64,000 bases of DNA from Selaginella moellendorffii (Eukaryota; Plantae; Lycopodiophyta). The notes beneath the pieces are model-generated. The model saw only the letters and a program-made list of their open reading frames with translations. It ran no database searches and was not told the DNA's origin. The position numbers were made by a program, and so were the translations under genes. Below are positions 11,697-24,802 of this stretch, in pieces (the first letter of the stretch is position 1; each line of letters starts with the position of its first letter). Where the stretch lies: positions 898,062 to 962,061 of the forward strand of contig NW_003314293.1 of NCBI RefSeq assembly GCF_000143415.4, in the 5' to 3' direction.

Positions 11697-14600
11697 ATAA
11701 CCCATACTTGCTCCTTTTGCCTCTGTGTTCGTGGCAAACAAGTGATGAAGTCCATAGAGATACTACACCAACGGCTTTGAGGAATAGGTAAAGGTTGCAA
11801 AAGTCCCTCCGACTTCTCCTATGGCACCTTAACCCGCTGACAAAGCTCGCATGATTTACAATACTTGAGGATATCAGCCTTCATATTCCTCCAATAAAAG
11901 TTGCACTTCATCAATTCATACATCTTCTTCCCCCGAAAATGACCGGCCTTTGGACGATCATGATAGTGGAATAAAACTTGAGTAATTAACGCATCCACCC
12001 GTGGCAAATATACACGGCCATTGTAGTAGAGAATCCCATCCACCAATGAGAAAGGGGCTTCCATCTGGTCTCGCAAAGAGGCCACCTCAGCATCCTGAGT
12101 CTGAGCATGCTCAACCAGCTACCCAAACTTGCTGACCACCTTACTCAAATGATAACAAAATCGTGTTTGTAATGTCGTCACATGACGAACAAGAGATAAA
12201 GCATTTGCCACCACATTTGATTTTCCCGGACAATGCTCAATAAGAAATTCCCCAAACTCCATGAGTTTAACCATCCAACGAGCTTGCCTAATATTCAACT
12301 CCTTCTGTGTGAAAAGATACACAAATGGTTTGTGATCTGTCAACACCACGAACACTGCACCATAAAGATAGTGCTGCCACGTCCGCAAAGCATGAACAAT
12401 AAAGAGTAACTCTTGCTTATACAATAGGCTGTCCCTCTTGCATGAGAACTCCTCCCAGTGCATAACCACTCACATCGCATGTCACCTCGTAAGGTTTCGA
12501 TAGATCAGCAATGTGAAGCACTGGAGTCTCGCTCAACAATCGTTTCAGCGCCACAAAACTCTCCTCTTGTGGCTGCTTCCACTCGAATGGCACATTCTTG
12601 CGTACCAACCGTGTCAAAGGAATATCCACCTCGGCAAACTTATGCTGGAAACATTAGTAGTAACTAGCCATACCAAGAAAACTGTGCAACTCGGCCACTA
12701 TAGTCGGTGTAGGCCAGTTTTCCACCACAGCCACCTTCCTTGGATTTGTCTTGACACCCTTAGATGTCACAATATGGCCTAGATATTCCACCTCTGACTT
12801 TGCAAATTCACATTTACTCTTCTTTGCATAAAGTTTGCTATCTCGGAGTAACAAAAGAACCTTGCGCAAATGCACCTTATACTCCTCCCTATTCTTGCTA
12901 AAAAGAAGAATATTGTCCAAGAAAATCTCCACAAGCTCATGAAGATAATGCCCAAATACCTCCGTCATTAACCGAGTAAATGTGGCCGGTGCATTCGTCA
13001 AACCAAACGACATAACTGTAAACTCAAAATGTCTGAAGCTTGTGTTGAATGCCATTTTGGAGATACATCCATCATCCATTGCAATCTGATGATATCCACT
13101 CCTTAGATCAATTTTGGTAAACACTCGTGCTTCACCAAGCTTGTTTAGGATATCATCCACATATAGCAATGGCATCTTATCCTTCACTGTCTTTTTGTTC
13201 AAAGTGCGGTAGTCAATATACATCCACATTGAACCATCTTTCTTCTTCACAAGCAAGACCAAAACACCAAACGGGGACTTACTTGGTTGAATATATCCAA
13301 ACTCAAGTAACTCATTGACTTGTCATTGAACTTCTTGCTCCTCCGTATAACTTAACTGAAGTGGACATCAGTAAATTGGCCATGTCCCCGGCTCCAATGT
13401 AATCCCATGCTCCACACCTCATAATGGAGGCAACCCATGAGGAAGTTCAGATGGAAAAACATCAGAAAACTCATCAAGTACATCCCATACTACTGCTTCT
13501 TCCCCACACGTGCCTTGGGCTCCCAAGTCACGAACAAACAGCAAGTAACTCAAAAGTGCTTTTTCATTACAACAAGCCCACTTCAAAGATGTAGCAGAGA
13601 GCATAACAACTAGTTGTTGAATGGATCCACCTTCACCAACCATGGCATCCCAAGAATAAATCCACACGATGGATATCGCAAGATAAAAAGTCTCCACAAG
13701 TGTGGTTTTGCCAACCAACACTTCCAGCCCCTTGACACAAACATCAAAATGCTAAGTAGAGGTAGCTGCACCTTCCACTATGTATAGAAGAATTCTGCGT
13801 GTGACCAGGCCATGCTCCGCAACAAACTTTGCCTAAACAAAGTTGTCATCGCTCCCACTATCTAGTTAAATCCACACTGGATCACCACGGAACACGCCCT
13901 CCAACATTAAAGTTGATTCACATGTATCCTCGAGCTCCATCTTGTTCTACACACAGCTAAGCTGACGAGCAACGATCGAAAGTCTCTTCCTCCAACCAGA
14001 ATGGTTGTTCTCATCATCCTCACGCTGCAAAATTTGCAACTTTTTAGTATCTGACTTACCGTGAAAAGAAGATTGGCCATTCTTCTTGTCCTACTGCTTG
14101 TTCTTCAACTGCAGACAATCAGCTTTGTAGTGTCTAAGTTTGCCGCAATGATAACAACCCTATTTATAATTCTTCACAAAGAACTTCTGCTTCTTGGACC
14201 CCTTTGCATCCGAAGTGCAATCAAGCGACTAATCAAGTGAGTAAGCTTCTCAATATAGTCCCCAAATGTCATTTTCCCTTGCTGGAAATGTCAAAGTTCT
14301 ATACGAGCATTCTCCACATCGTAATGAGGGGCAAAACGTAAACGGAAAACAGCCTCAAACTCATCCATGGTAGACATTGGTGGTTTCTTATCCGCAACAC
14401 AAGACTTCCCAAGCCAATTCCACCATCGAAGACCCGCATCACACAAAACCATTGGAATAGCCACTAAAGCCTCTGCATCTAGAGTTCCCCTAGCAGCCAA
14501 GAACTTCTTCACATTGGCTAGCTAAGTGAGACACTCATCCACACCACCATCACCGGAAAAGGTTGGAATCTTGAGTCGATCTACCAAAGAAGGCTTACTT

Positions 14601-15199
14601 GGAGCGCTACCCCATCCAACCTTGAGTGCCTCAACACACCCACGCATGGTATCCATCATGCCATGCATCTCGTCTTGCATCTCTTGCTGATTTCGATTAA
14701 AGGCTCGCAGCTCGTGAACCATATCTTGAATGGTTCAAATCTCCACAGCTTCATCAACACCATCATCAGCACCACTATTGACAATAGGATTCCAGCGTTC
14801 AACTTGGTCGGCCATCACAACCAACTCCTCTAATACCAATATTATGATCCAACACAAAAAAGACAGAGATCTAGTCGCCCTAAACTATGTTACACCACCT
14901 CTTGAGGTTCCTCACCACCCAACCACCCCCGAGCTACCTCAAAAGCTCCACTGCACCACTGTGAGCCCTAGGGTAGGTTAAGTCCCTCACCCTAACATGC
15001 CTTAATATATCCTTGAGCCTCCCTTTGACCAATGTTGACCACGTGGTTAAAGTTGGCACCTAACAGGAAGGGCCTTAGGCAAGTTTTCGAGTAGAGGCCG
15101 CATCGAGTGGAGATAATTGCAGAGAACTACCGTAAAGTCTTTCAGTGACAAGTATCCCATACAATTGGTAGGCGTTTTTACTTTTCCAAACTTATTGTG

Positions 15200-15502
15200 T
15201 TTCATACAGGAGGAAGAATGGACAACAGCTTCAGAGGACTCGGAAGCAGAGCCAGAAAAACGTGAGTCTTCGTCGTTTTATATCAGTAAACTGTGCATTG
15301 AGAACTACTGATGAAACGGCCACTTCTGCTGAACTGGACTCTCCGAGACTTTTTGAGGACAGCAATGACAATCACAACAATGATACTGGTCCTAGCTTTG
15401 AACAAGGAACTGCAAGTTGTGACGAGAGCATTTAACAACCACACAAGCAGGACTGTCTTTTGGCAAACGAAGTTTTCCTGACCTGAATCGGGTTCCTCAG
15501 CC
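15200..15502 (+). pseudogene. Acidic-exon gene remnant (paralogue of 2195-2495)
   Basis: CATACAG|GAGGAAGAA..GAAAAAC|GTGAGT exon with canonical splice sites, reading EEEWTTASEDSEAEPEK. Confidence 0.5.
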
Positions 15503-16441
15503 ATGTTTTTTATCAATAGCCTCATAGGCTGCCAGCATCTCATCCTTACTTACGGCACAAGGTGCTGGACTCCAATTTATGCTTGCGGTGAAGGGAATAT
15601 CACCCAGTACATCTCCACGTGCTTTACGAATACTGCTGATGGCTGGGATATAAGACCTAAGATTCCCAATCAATCAATCAATCATTGTTTCAACAGTTGA
15701 AACAATGGGGCAGAGTTATTCACGTAAGTTCTTTGTTTTCGATGTTCTGAAGAAATGGTTTTCACTTATGGATGTTTCCTCCGGCCCTTGGACACTGATG
15801 GCAGAGTGGACGGAGATTGAGCACGCCTGGCATAGTTTTGTCGTGAAGAAACAAGAGAGTTATGTAGGCTCGAATGATCACAATGTATGAAAGTAAGTAT
15901 GTGAAATGTTTTGCCACAGTGGTCACGCATTTGTTTTGTGGTCATAGATGTTTAAAGAGCTGCCGGATCGAGCAACAATCATCATGAGCAGCGAAGATGA
16001 ATTCCAGAAACTACAGAGGCTCACCTTGATGGGAAAGCAAAAAGGTTGTTTGGTTTCGTCTTTTTTCTTCCCTACCAGGACACAAGAATGCTGCCTCCAA
16101 TGGAAAGTTTTCAACAAGTATTACCCACTTCTACTGTGCCACCATGACATGATCCACAGATTCAACTTACAGGTCCACGACTAAGTGGACCGCCAATGAC
16201 TAAAGGCCTCTTTTTTTTACAGAAGTAGTACATTCCATGACCATGACAATGGTCGAGGATTGGAGAGATTTATGAGAAGCTCGGTTTTGCACAAGCCAGT
16301 GAGGACAGATAATGGGGAATAACTTCTTCAGAAAGAAGAAACTAAGAGAACGAGCTTCTTTTTTTCCTTAGATTGCAGGTAACCTTGTTCTGTTTCCAGT
16401 TCCTTTTGGCATTGCCCTTGTGATAGAAACAGAGAAAAGAA

Positions 16442-16830
16442 ATGCCTGTGTCACTGCAAGACAACATTTTGGAGACGGTTCTCAGCTATGTGGACCTGGC
16501 CACCAAGTGACCACATCATGGAAAGCCATCATCAGCAATCCATCCTTTCACCGCCACTGGTGCCAAAACAGTGGCCAGGAATCCTTGCGGCTTATGACTA
16601 GCTCCTTCCCCCACAGTGAGCATTGCCATGCCTAGGATCCATCATGGCCAAAACACAGTGTGAAGTTTCCGAAAATTTCCTCCCACTCAAGTCATTGCTT
16701 CTGCAGGTGGTTTGGTATGTGTCTTCAGGACACACAGGGGCATGGTTGACCATGCTGATGTGTTTCACCTGGTGGTGGGGAATCTAGTGACCCAAGGGTG
16801 GAGTTAACTACCACTGCTCCATTGGGAGGA
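16442..16830 (+). pseudogene. F-box (kelch/associated-domain type) pseudogene
   Basis: MPVSLQDNILETVLSYV / VTTSWKAIISNPSFHRHW (F-box), then VIASAGGLVCV..LVVGNLVTQGWS*LP; frameshifts and stops. Confidence 0.8.
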
Positions 16831-17250
16831 CAGAAAGATATAGTGGGAGTAATCTAACAATGTTGATATATGTGATTAATCTCATCATACACTTAATAGT
16901 GGACATCACAGCCATGACCACATCCTCACCCTTGTCCTTAAACACAAAAAGCAATAATATCAACCTTCATCAAAATAAAACCATCTCTAATTGGAAATGG
17001 AGTTGAAAGATGTACAATTAAAAGTGGAAGAGCTAATATCTTATAATGTTATGCTAGTCAAAAAGTATAGTCAAAGGTGGCTAGAGCAAGTGTATGCACA
17101 AGTTCCATAAGATTTTGACAAAGTGTTGAATTTGATGCACCCTGATATATTTAGTTTTGCATTAGGCAAAAGGCTCTAGAAGCAAATGCCAAATTATATC
17201 ACTAAGTCAAATAGCCCTTGACAAAGACGATGCAATTGTTGGAAGGCATT

Positions 17251-20200
17251 TGTAGTGTACGTGGTTTTTCCCCTTTATCCTATAGTAATTTACTATAGAA
17301 TAACACCACGAAGCAGAACCTAAACCCTCCATATGCCATGTGTCATATGCCACGTGTCTAAAGGATAGTGGTGTGGAGCCCGAGGTTCAGGGCCACTGAA
17401 CGAAGGAACAGTGCCAAAATCCCAAATATAGAGCTGAGTGACAGAACCAAACCACAGAGCAACTCTCAAGCATACAGCCCAAGGAGTGAAAGGACAGGAG
17501 CCCAAAGCAACTTGGAACAATCCTAGAGCAACTAGCATCCCAATGCCAAAACCAGCACGCAAAACAGAGCCAAATGAAGTTTGGCACTATTTTGGCATAT
17601 CGGTGGCCTAACAGAAGGACATGGGTACTCCACCAGCTAGCATGGAATAGAACTTGGGCTTAGACCCAAACCAGACGCAAAACAAGGACAAACATGCAAG
17701 TGGGAGCCTAGATTATGCCTTAGGTTGGTCGGCCATACCTGACCTACCCACGATCCCTACTATACATTTGGAACCCCCCACAGCCCCCCCCCCCCCCCCC
17801 CCTGAGGAACACATGCTTTATGCTTTCACCTCAAGCCTCCTTTAGTATCAAGAGTTAGTCTTTAGGACAAGCTCAAAACTTACTAAATATGGAATGTCCC
17901 TAGATTGCGAATTTGGACACAAGACAAACACCATTGTGTTCAGGTCAATATCTACATTCCGTAGATAAGTTAAATGAGCAAATCTGGACACTTTCCATAA
18001 ATAGCATTTGGGACCGAAATGAGACTAACACAAAGGGCATGATAGCAAAGGTGTTTGGCAAACACGGTAAGCTATCATCTAACGAATATTGAGGGACCAA
18101 GCTCAATATCACGGGGGTTCCCAACACTAGCAAATACAAGTCAACATCATGAGTTTCTTGTCACCATACCAAGTATGTTTGACTAAATGACAACATAGGA
18201 TTTCCTTTCTTAGTGCCCTTCTCGTCTAAGTGCACATGTGATGACCAGTTTCTCAACTAGCTTAGATTAAGACTAATAAAGGGTCTAGCAATACTGACCT
18301 TTGTAAGTAACCAAAGAGAATGACTTGAGAGATGATCCATGGGGTTTATATATAAAATAGTGCACCCCCTTTTTCAATCAGTTAAGGGTCTTGGGTTAGG
18401 CGTCATTGGGTTTGAATAGTACTGGGCTGGATGACCTCCCGGGAAGTCCAAATTCAGGAGCTTACATTTGGTATCAGAGGGGTCTCAGGTCTGACTCTGT
18501 TGGTTGGCTAAGGGAATCACACCACATGTTGATTAACATCTGGCAAGGGTCCAGTATGCTTCGGCTAGGCTTGACCCAAGGGGTAGGGTGTCAAGAGAGC
18601 GGGGCTCTTGGGAGAGCTGCGGCTCTCAGCTTCAGTTCACGAGGGCGTGAACATGCAGGGAAGCGTGGTGGATTGTAAAGAACCAAAGAGAACGACTTGA
18701 GAGATGATCCATGGGGTTCATATATAGAAGGAAAGGGCCTATGAACAAAAGTGCACTTCCTTTTCCAATCGGTTAAAGGTCTTAGGATACTTGGAGTTAA
18801 GCGTCCTTAGGTTTGAATAATACTGGGCTGGATGACCTCCTAGGAAGTTTAAATTTAAGAGCTTATAACCTCCTACTATTGTGGTAGTAAGGAAAGACTG
18901 TCCATAAGGATTGGCCGAAGGATTGGCCGACAGGTAACGTTCGATACCCGAAGTCACTAGGGTAACCTCTTTATCTAACGTGGATGCGCTACCAACTCAG
19001 ACACCTTCCGGCCGTCACCGACAAAGAAATGACCAATAGAGTTAGCCAACCCAGCTTACAAAAGTGTGATACGCCCCTGCCCACAGGTGGCATAGAGAGA
19101 GAAGCCAGAGGCCCCAACCCTCATGAGCAAAGAAACCAAACCTATCAGTAAGGTTAAAATAGACTATTATAAATAGGTAAGTAAAGTTGTTTACACAGTC
19201 ACGCCCTTTTTAAACGAAATAAAGAACATCAACAGAGAGACGGGTGATGTTACCAGTCGACAGTAGCTACCCCATGATTAAAGATTTCACCATGCACATA
19301 AAGTGTTGAAGTCAGTCTGCCTATACTGGCCCAAACTCAAATATTAATAGATGGACAATATCAACGTCAAACACAATGATATTTGAGAGACTTAATATAT
19401 CAGTGATTAAAAATTATATTTTAACACAAAAGTATTCCAAGTAAGCTATCATCTGATAAACCAGTATTATAGTATAGAAACCACCAAGATCATCATATTT
19501 AAAAAACATAAAATTCACCATCAAACAAAATTCAATAGCAAGTATATCATCAAGTAAACTCAATGAGAAAACTTAACTACCGAAGATTGTAGACAATATG
19601 CCAAACAACGTACCAAAGATAACTCAAAGAACACAAAGTATTATTGACTTGGCAAGCAAGATGCTCGCGAATGTATCACCCGAAGGAAATAACATTCTAA
19701 TTTATCAGAACTAACTTGAGCAAAAATTAACAGAACAGAATGAATATGGTAAGACCAATAAACACTCATTCATACCAACTATTGCACTAGCCAATTTGAA
19801 TAGATCCCAGTCAATAATACAAAAGAACTTAAATTGCTTAAGCAAGTGTTAGCAACATCCTACTGATATCTCAAACTCAAGAGATCAATCCAGAGCAAAC
19901 CACAAAAAACATGTGGTAATGCAAAAAACAAAGAGAAAACTATCATAAAAGATCATCAATTATCCCATCAATAAAAATATGCTTAATCATTGTCAAAGAA
20001 GGAATCCACCATCCCGAAAAATAGTAAATCATTCTGTATCAATAACAATCAAGCAAAACTTTTTGACAAGGATAATTAACTTTCCTAGATGATAATCAAT
20101 CATCACCAATGATTGCTAGATGCAAAAACCAACTTTAACATTGAAGCTAATGAGCCAAAAATGCCTTCCCCCAACAACTCCAAACAAATAGAATAATGAG

Positions 20201-23200
20201 CATGAAAACTCAAGGAACCAAAAGCTCAAAGAAGCTTATAGTCAAGTTTTGTCTAATTATGATCACGAATCTCACATGAACCAACTTCAATGCTAAAGAA
20301 GAAATTATAGTACAACCCATAATATCCTCCTCAATATATCCATAAGCCAAACTTCATAATGCTAAAGCTAATGAAGAGCATATCTGCATTAATCCAACAG
20401 CCAAGGATATGCTTAACAAGTGATAATCAAACCGATCCTTTATGAATCCATCTATAGCAAAATGTAACTCATTTCACAACAAGCACAAGAAGAATCATCA
20501 ATGATCAATATATTTCAGCTCAAATCCAATAAGAATTCAAATATTCCAATATCAATCACCCCTACTAAATAATCTCGTCTAGAACATAACTAACTCAAAC
20601 TTGCCACTCAGCTCATTTAAACACTAACATAGTTGCTAATTAGCAAATGCATGGATGCCAATAACACAAAGCCATAACCCAAGCATCGGCACTATTTGCA
20701 TCGAGACTAATGAAACTCAATATCAATCTTACGGAGAAACATCTCATCCCACTTAAATCTCAACACCAACAATGTCAATGATAAAGCATCACTTCAATGC
20801 CATCAACACCATAACAAAGCTAATAGAAAGCAAGAGTGAATCACCATTCAAAGCTCTTTAGCAACCAAGCGAACTAAATTCGAAGATACCTTAGTTAGTA
20901 TTTGAGACCAATCCTCCAACAATACTCAGTTATAGATAACACATCATCAAGGAGTGATTCACAACGTCCAAGACTTAATGAAATCTAACACTACAGACTA
21001 AATGTAATCAAATGATATTAACAAAGGTAGAGTCAATATACTAATATGGAAAACTCATGTAAGTCTAATGATATGATCCTCCACAATACTATTCAGTAAA
21101 GTAAACTTATCATTATTAAATCTGTCCTTGACGAAGTCTATAAGCAATCACTAGTTGCAAAGCAACTAACAATCACTCTTTAACTTGTCTTCACAAGACC
21201 CAACACTAAACTTATATCATCGAGTCATATACTCATCCAACATGAACATGATACCTCAAATATGAGATAAAGGTTCATGGACAAATATAACTAAATGACC
21301 ACTTGAATCCGACTCAACTGTAATAAACTCACTAATGCATTTAGCCAACAGCTCTGAGCATGCCTTGAAGAGGCTAGCTATGCATGATCAACATTAAGTC
21401 GAAACTAAAGTGAAAACCATGAGATGGACTCATATCGGTACACAACATTCTCATAAACAAAGTTATAGTACGGGTACTAACATCTCAACCTTAAACAACT
21501 AAGTTAAACATCACCATCTTTAGCAAAGGTGCAAGGCCTCTAAGACTAAGTCAAGATCAGTGAGAGCTCATTACTCCTATAGAGTCTAATGAAATGCAAA
21601 GTGCAATTTGCGACCAAGCATAACACTACAAAAGAAAGGCATAAGGGTCACCCTTCTTAAAAAAGTGCAATGGCCACCTTTTTACACCAACACCAAACTA
21701 TATCCAACTCAATTGCCTTAGCCCCAAAAGTCAATATCCCTTTTCAGGTCACATCATACAAACTACTTACTAAGGTCTAAGCTAACTAAAGTTAACTTCA
21801 ACCCTTTCACTAATTTGTATTAGCTTACGAAAATGAAATGAGCAACAGATCAGCTATTGGAAAAGTCTAAGAAAATTTGTGGAAAAATTTCCATCCTAAA
21901 GAAAGAATAACTCTTAGTCTAGGAATGCAAACTTTCAAGACTTAACCAACTTCCTCCTACCTACAACTTCACATAAATTCACCTCAACACCAATTCTCAT
22001 GACCCATAGTATGCCTAAGCCTCGAACATTTTTGCCCATTTTTCCAATATCCAACATCGACATTTGTAAAATGCAAAATGAACATCCAAGACTTGATCAC
22101 AAAGACTATATTTTTAGATATCCACATTGCACTAACACTCTTCTTCAACCACCTTCAAGATCCAATGTGAAGCCAAAATATTAACAAAAAAAATGATATA
22201 GAAAATCAAGGTTTAAGGAAAATTTCTTATCACTCAAAATAACAACACCACTTTCACTAACACAAGTGCTAGTGATGTCAATGCCTCAACTACACACCTT
22301 CTCCATCCAACAATCTACTCCAAGTGCTAACGAATCAACTAAAGAGCTATACCAAATGAATGCTACAACCCTTTCCAACACTTTAATGGGCAAACTCTAG
22401 GAACCAAAGAACCAACTTAAATTAGCATAATGGACTGCCATTGAGAATCTAGTCAAAACTATTACAATGCTACTTCATGCAAGTAGACTAGCTTCACCAT
22501 CAATTACTTTGGGGTTGATCATTGTTTACCAAGCAACTTCGCAAATATATTGCTCATGACCACATACATATGATATAAGTATCACAATGATTTGATCATT
22601 AATTGAGCAACACCACGAGCAACATTCATGCCATTACTTCAAAGGTTATTATAAGCATCAAGTGCCAACTCGATTTGACAAAATGCAACATAAATGCCAT
22701 ACTCCACCGATAGAGATTTACAACAACTAACATCACTAACTTTTGTTCACAATACGGGCAAACTCATGCCACTCTCTTTCTGACCAAACTCAAAACTAAT
22801 CCAAGACCAAGTTACTAAAGGAGCAATAGCAAGGTTCCCCGGAAAAGAATTGAGCATTGCAACTCAAGTCTTCAATAGCAAGCCTAGACAAAATGGTTCA
22901 GTGCTTCACCGCTATTCATCCCACAACTCACCATTTGTAAAACCATCATCTCCAACATGCATCAAGATAGAGACTCTTCATTGCATGATGTGAATACGAG
23001 AAATGAGTCACACATCGTTGTGAATCATCTCTCCAAGAAGAAAAGATGATTTACGTGTTTGATCTTTCGTCCCTGACAACTCTCTTTTAGTCTTAACTTT
23101 GACTAAACCTCAAGCTTGCTTTCGCATTGCCTTCAGTCCAATCTAAAAAAAGTTTATAATAGAGCATAGCAATGATTACTTGAATCAATAGACTCTTCAC

Positions 23201-24797
23201 TACAATCTTGATTGATCCATTTATAATCATGCTTAGGAAGGGTCCATTAGTGCCATGCTAAACAGCCACGGACCAACTTATTTGCCACTCATAGCAAACC
23301 CAGGGAAGGTTTACTTTTTCCCATGGTACAAGGAACAATTTATGGAACCACCGATAGGCTAACATTAATCCTGCCATCTCAAAGTGTAACCTCGAGTTGC
23401 TTATGTGCCTCACTCACGAGCTCAAGCTAAAACTCATACAAATCGAAGAACTCAATCCCTTTTATGAGCCCAAGAGCATGCTCACATTATTACGGTACAA
23501 AAAGGTAACCATAATCCATACCTAAAAAATGATTGCGAAGTTTTTGCACCCAAACGTGTACCTACTTGGATCATTGGTTTCATCTTTGTGTATACAATGA
23601 GACTAGTTGCCCAATCTCATTGGATAGTACTCACCAAGACTCATCCTCTAATACCAAATGTAGCGCACGTGGTTTTTACCCTTTATCCTATAGTAATTTA
23701 CTATATGATAACACCACAAAGTGGAACATAAACCCTCTATATGCCACATGTTATATACCATATGTCCAAAGGACAGTGGTGTGGAACTCGAGGTTCAGAG
23801 CCTTGGGCCACTGAACGAAGGAACGGTGCCAAACTCCCAAGCACGAAGCCAAGGAGTGACAAAACTGGACCATGAAGCAACTCTTGAGCATACAGCCCAA
23901 GGAGCGAAGGGATAGGAGCTCAAAGCGATTTGGAACAGTCCTAGAGCAACCAGCATCCCAATGCCAGGACCAGCACGCAAAACGAAGCCAAACGGAGTCT
24001 AGCACTATTTTGACATACTGGTGGCCTAACGCAAGGATATGGGTACTCTATCAGCTAGCATGGAATGGAATTTGAGCTTAGACCCAAGCCAGACGCAAAA
24101 TAAGGACAAACACGCAAGTGGGAGCTAGACTATACCTCAGGTTGGTCAGCCATGCCTGACCTACCCACGATCCCTACTATACATTTGGAACCCTGCACAG
24201 CTGCCTGCCCCCCAAGGAGGAACACACGCTTTGGGCTTTCACCCCAAGCCTCCCTTAATATCAGGAGTTAGTCTCTAGGACAAGCTCGAAACTTATGAAA
24301 TATGGAATGTCCTTAGATTGTGAATTTAGACACAAGACAAACACCATTGTGTTCAGGTCAATATCTACATTCTATAGATATGCCAAATGAGCAAATCTGG
24401 ACACTTTCCATAAATAACATTTGGGACCTAAATGAGACTAACACAAAGGGCATGATAGCAAGGGTGTTTGGCAAACATGGTAAGCTATCATATAGTGAAT
24501 ATTGAGGGACCAAACTCAATATTGCGGGGGTTCCCAACACTAGCAAGTGCAAGTCAACATCATGAATTTCTTGTCGCCGTACCAAATATGTTTGACTAAA
24601 TGACAATGTAGGATTTCCATCCTTAGTGCCCTTCCTGTCTAAGTGCACATGTGATGACCAGTTTCTCAACTAGCTTAGGCGGAAACTAATAAAGGGTTCA
24701 GCAATACCAACCTCTTGCCGTCGTGGCAGTAAGAAAAGAGTGTCCGTAAGGACTAGCCGACAAGTAACTTTCGATACCCGAAGTCACATGTGCGACA
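17251..24797 (-). mobile_element. Family B copy 2 (LARD-like), with a Cassandra in its 3' LTR
   Basis: 5' LTR 23659-24797; PBS 23646-23656; 3' LTR 17251-~18957 (LTR start and PPT deleted); perfect TSD GCATT (17246-17250 / 24798-24802); interior colinear with B1. Confidence 0.93.
18302..18867 (+). mobile_element. Cassandra-type TRIM copy 1 (5S-rRNA-derived LTRs)
   Basis: LTRs 18302-18466 and 18674-18867; iMet PBS from 18469; TSD ACCTT/ACCTC; 5S-like segment TAGTACTGGGCTGGATGACCTCCCGGGAAGTCC. Confidence 0.92.
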
Positions 24798-24802
24798 GCA
24801 TT

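Larger units (their letters stand above)
3311..15065 (-). mobile_element. Gypsy (chromovirus-like) family A copy 2, decayed gag-PR-RT-RH-INT, hosting nested B1 and TRIM C
   Basis: 5' LTR 14840-15065; PBS 14828-14838; gag from 14815; RT 13262-12654 (KIDLRSGYHQI, EIFLDNILLFS); RNase H (CDVSGYALGGVLMQ); INT zinc finger (HD..AGH..CELCQ); INT C-terminus (GPYEVLERIGKAAYRVRLP). PPT ~3397-3410 and first 86 bp of the 3' LTR at 3311-3396. Confidence 0.92.
14363..20854 (+). repeat. Segmental duplication, copy 1 (direct repeat of 54829-61494)
   Basis: Same order and same junctions: A gag/LTR, host relic, F-box relic, B LTR (left TSD GCATT), Cassandra (TSD ACCTT/ACCTC), B interior. Confidence 0.95.

Noticed and set aside
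15520-15560. CACTA transposase-like HRLPASHPYLR
   Set aside because: A single short motif among stops with no supporting neighbouring motifs.
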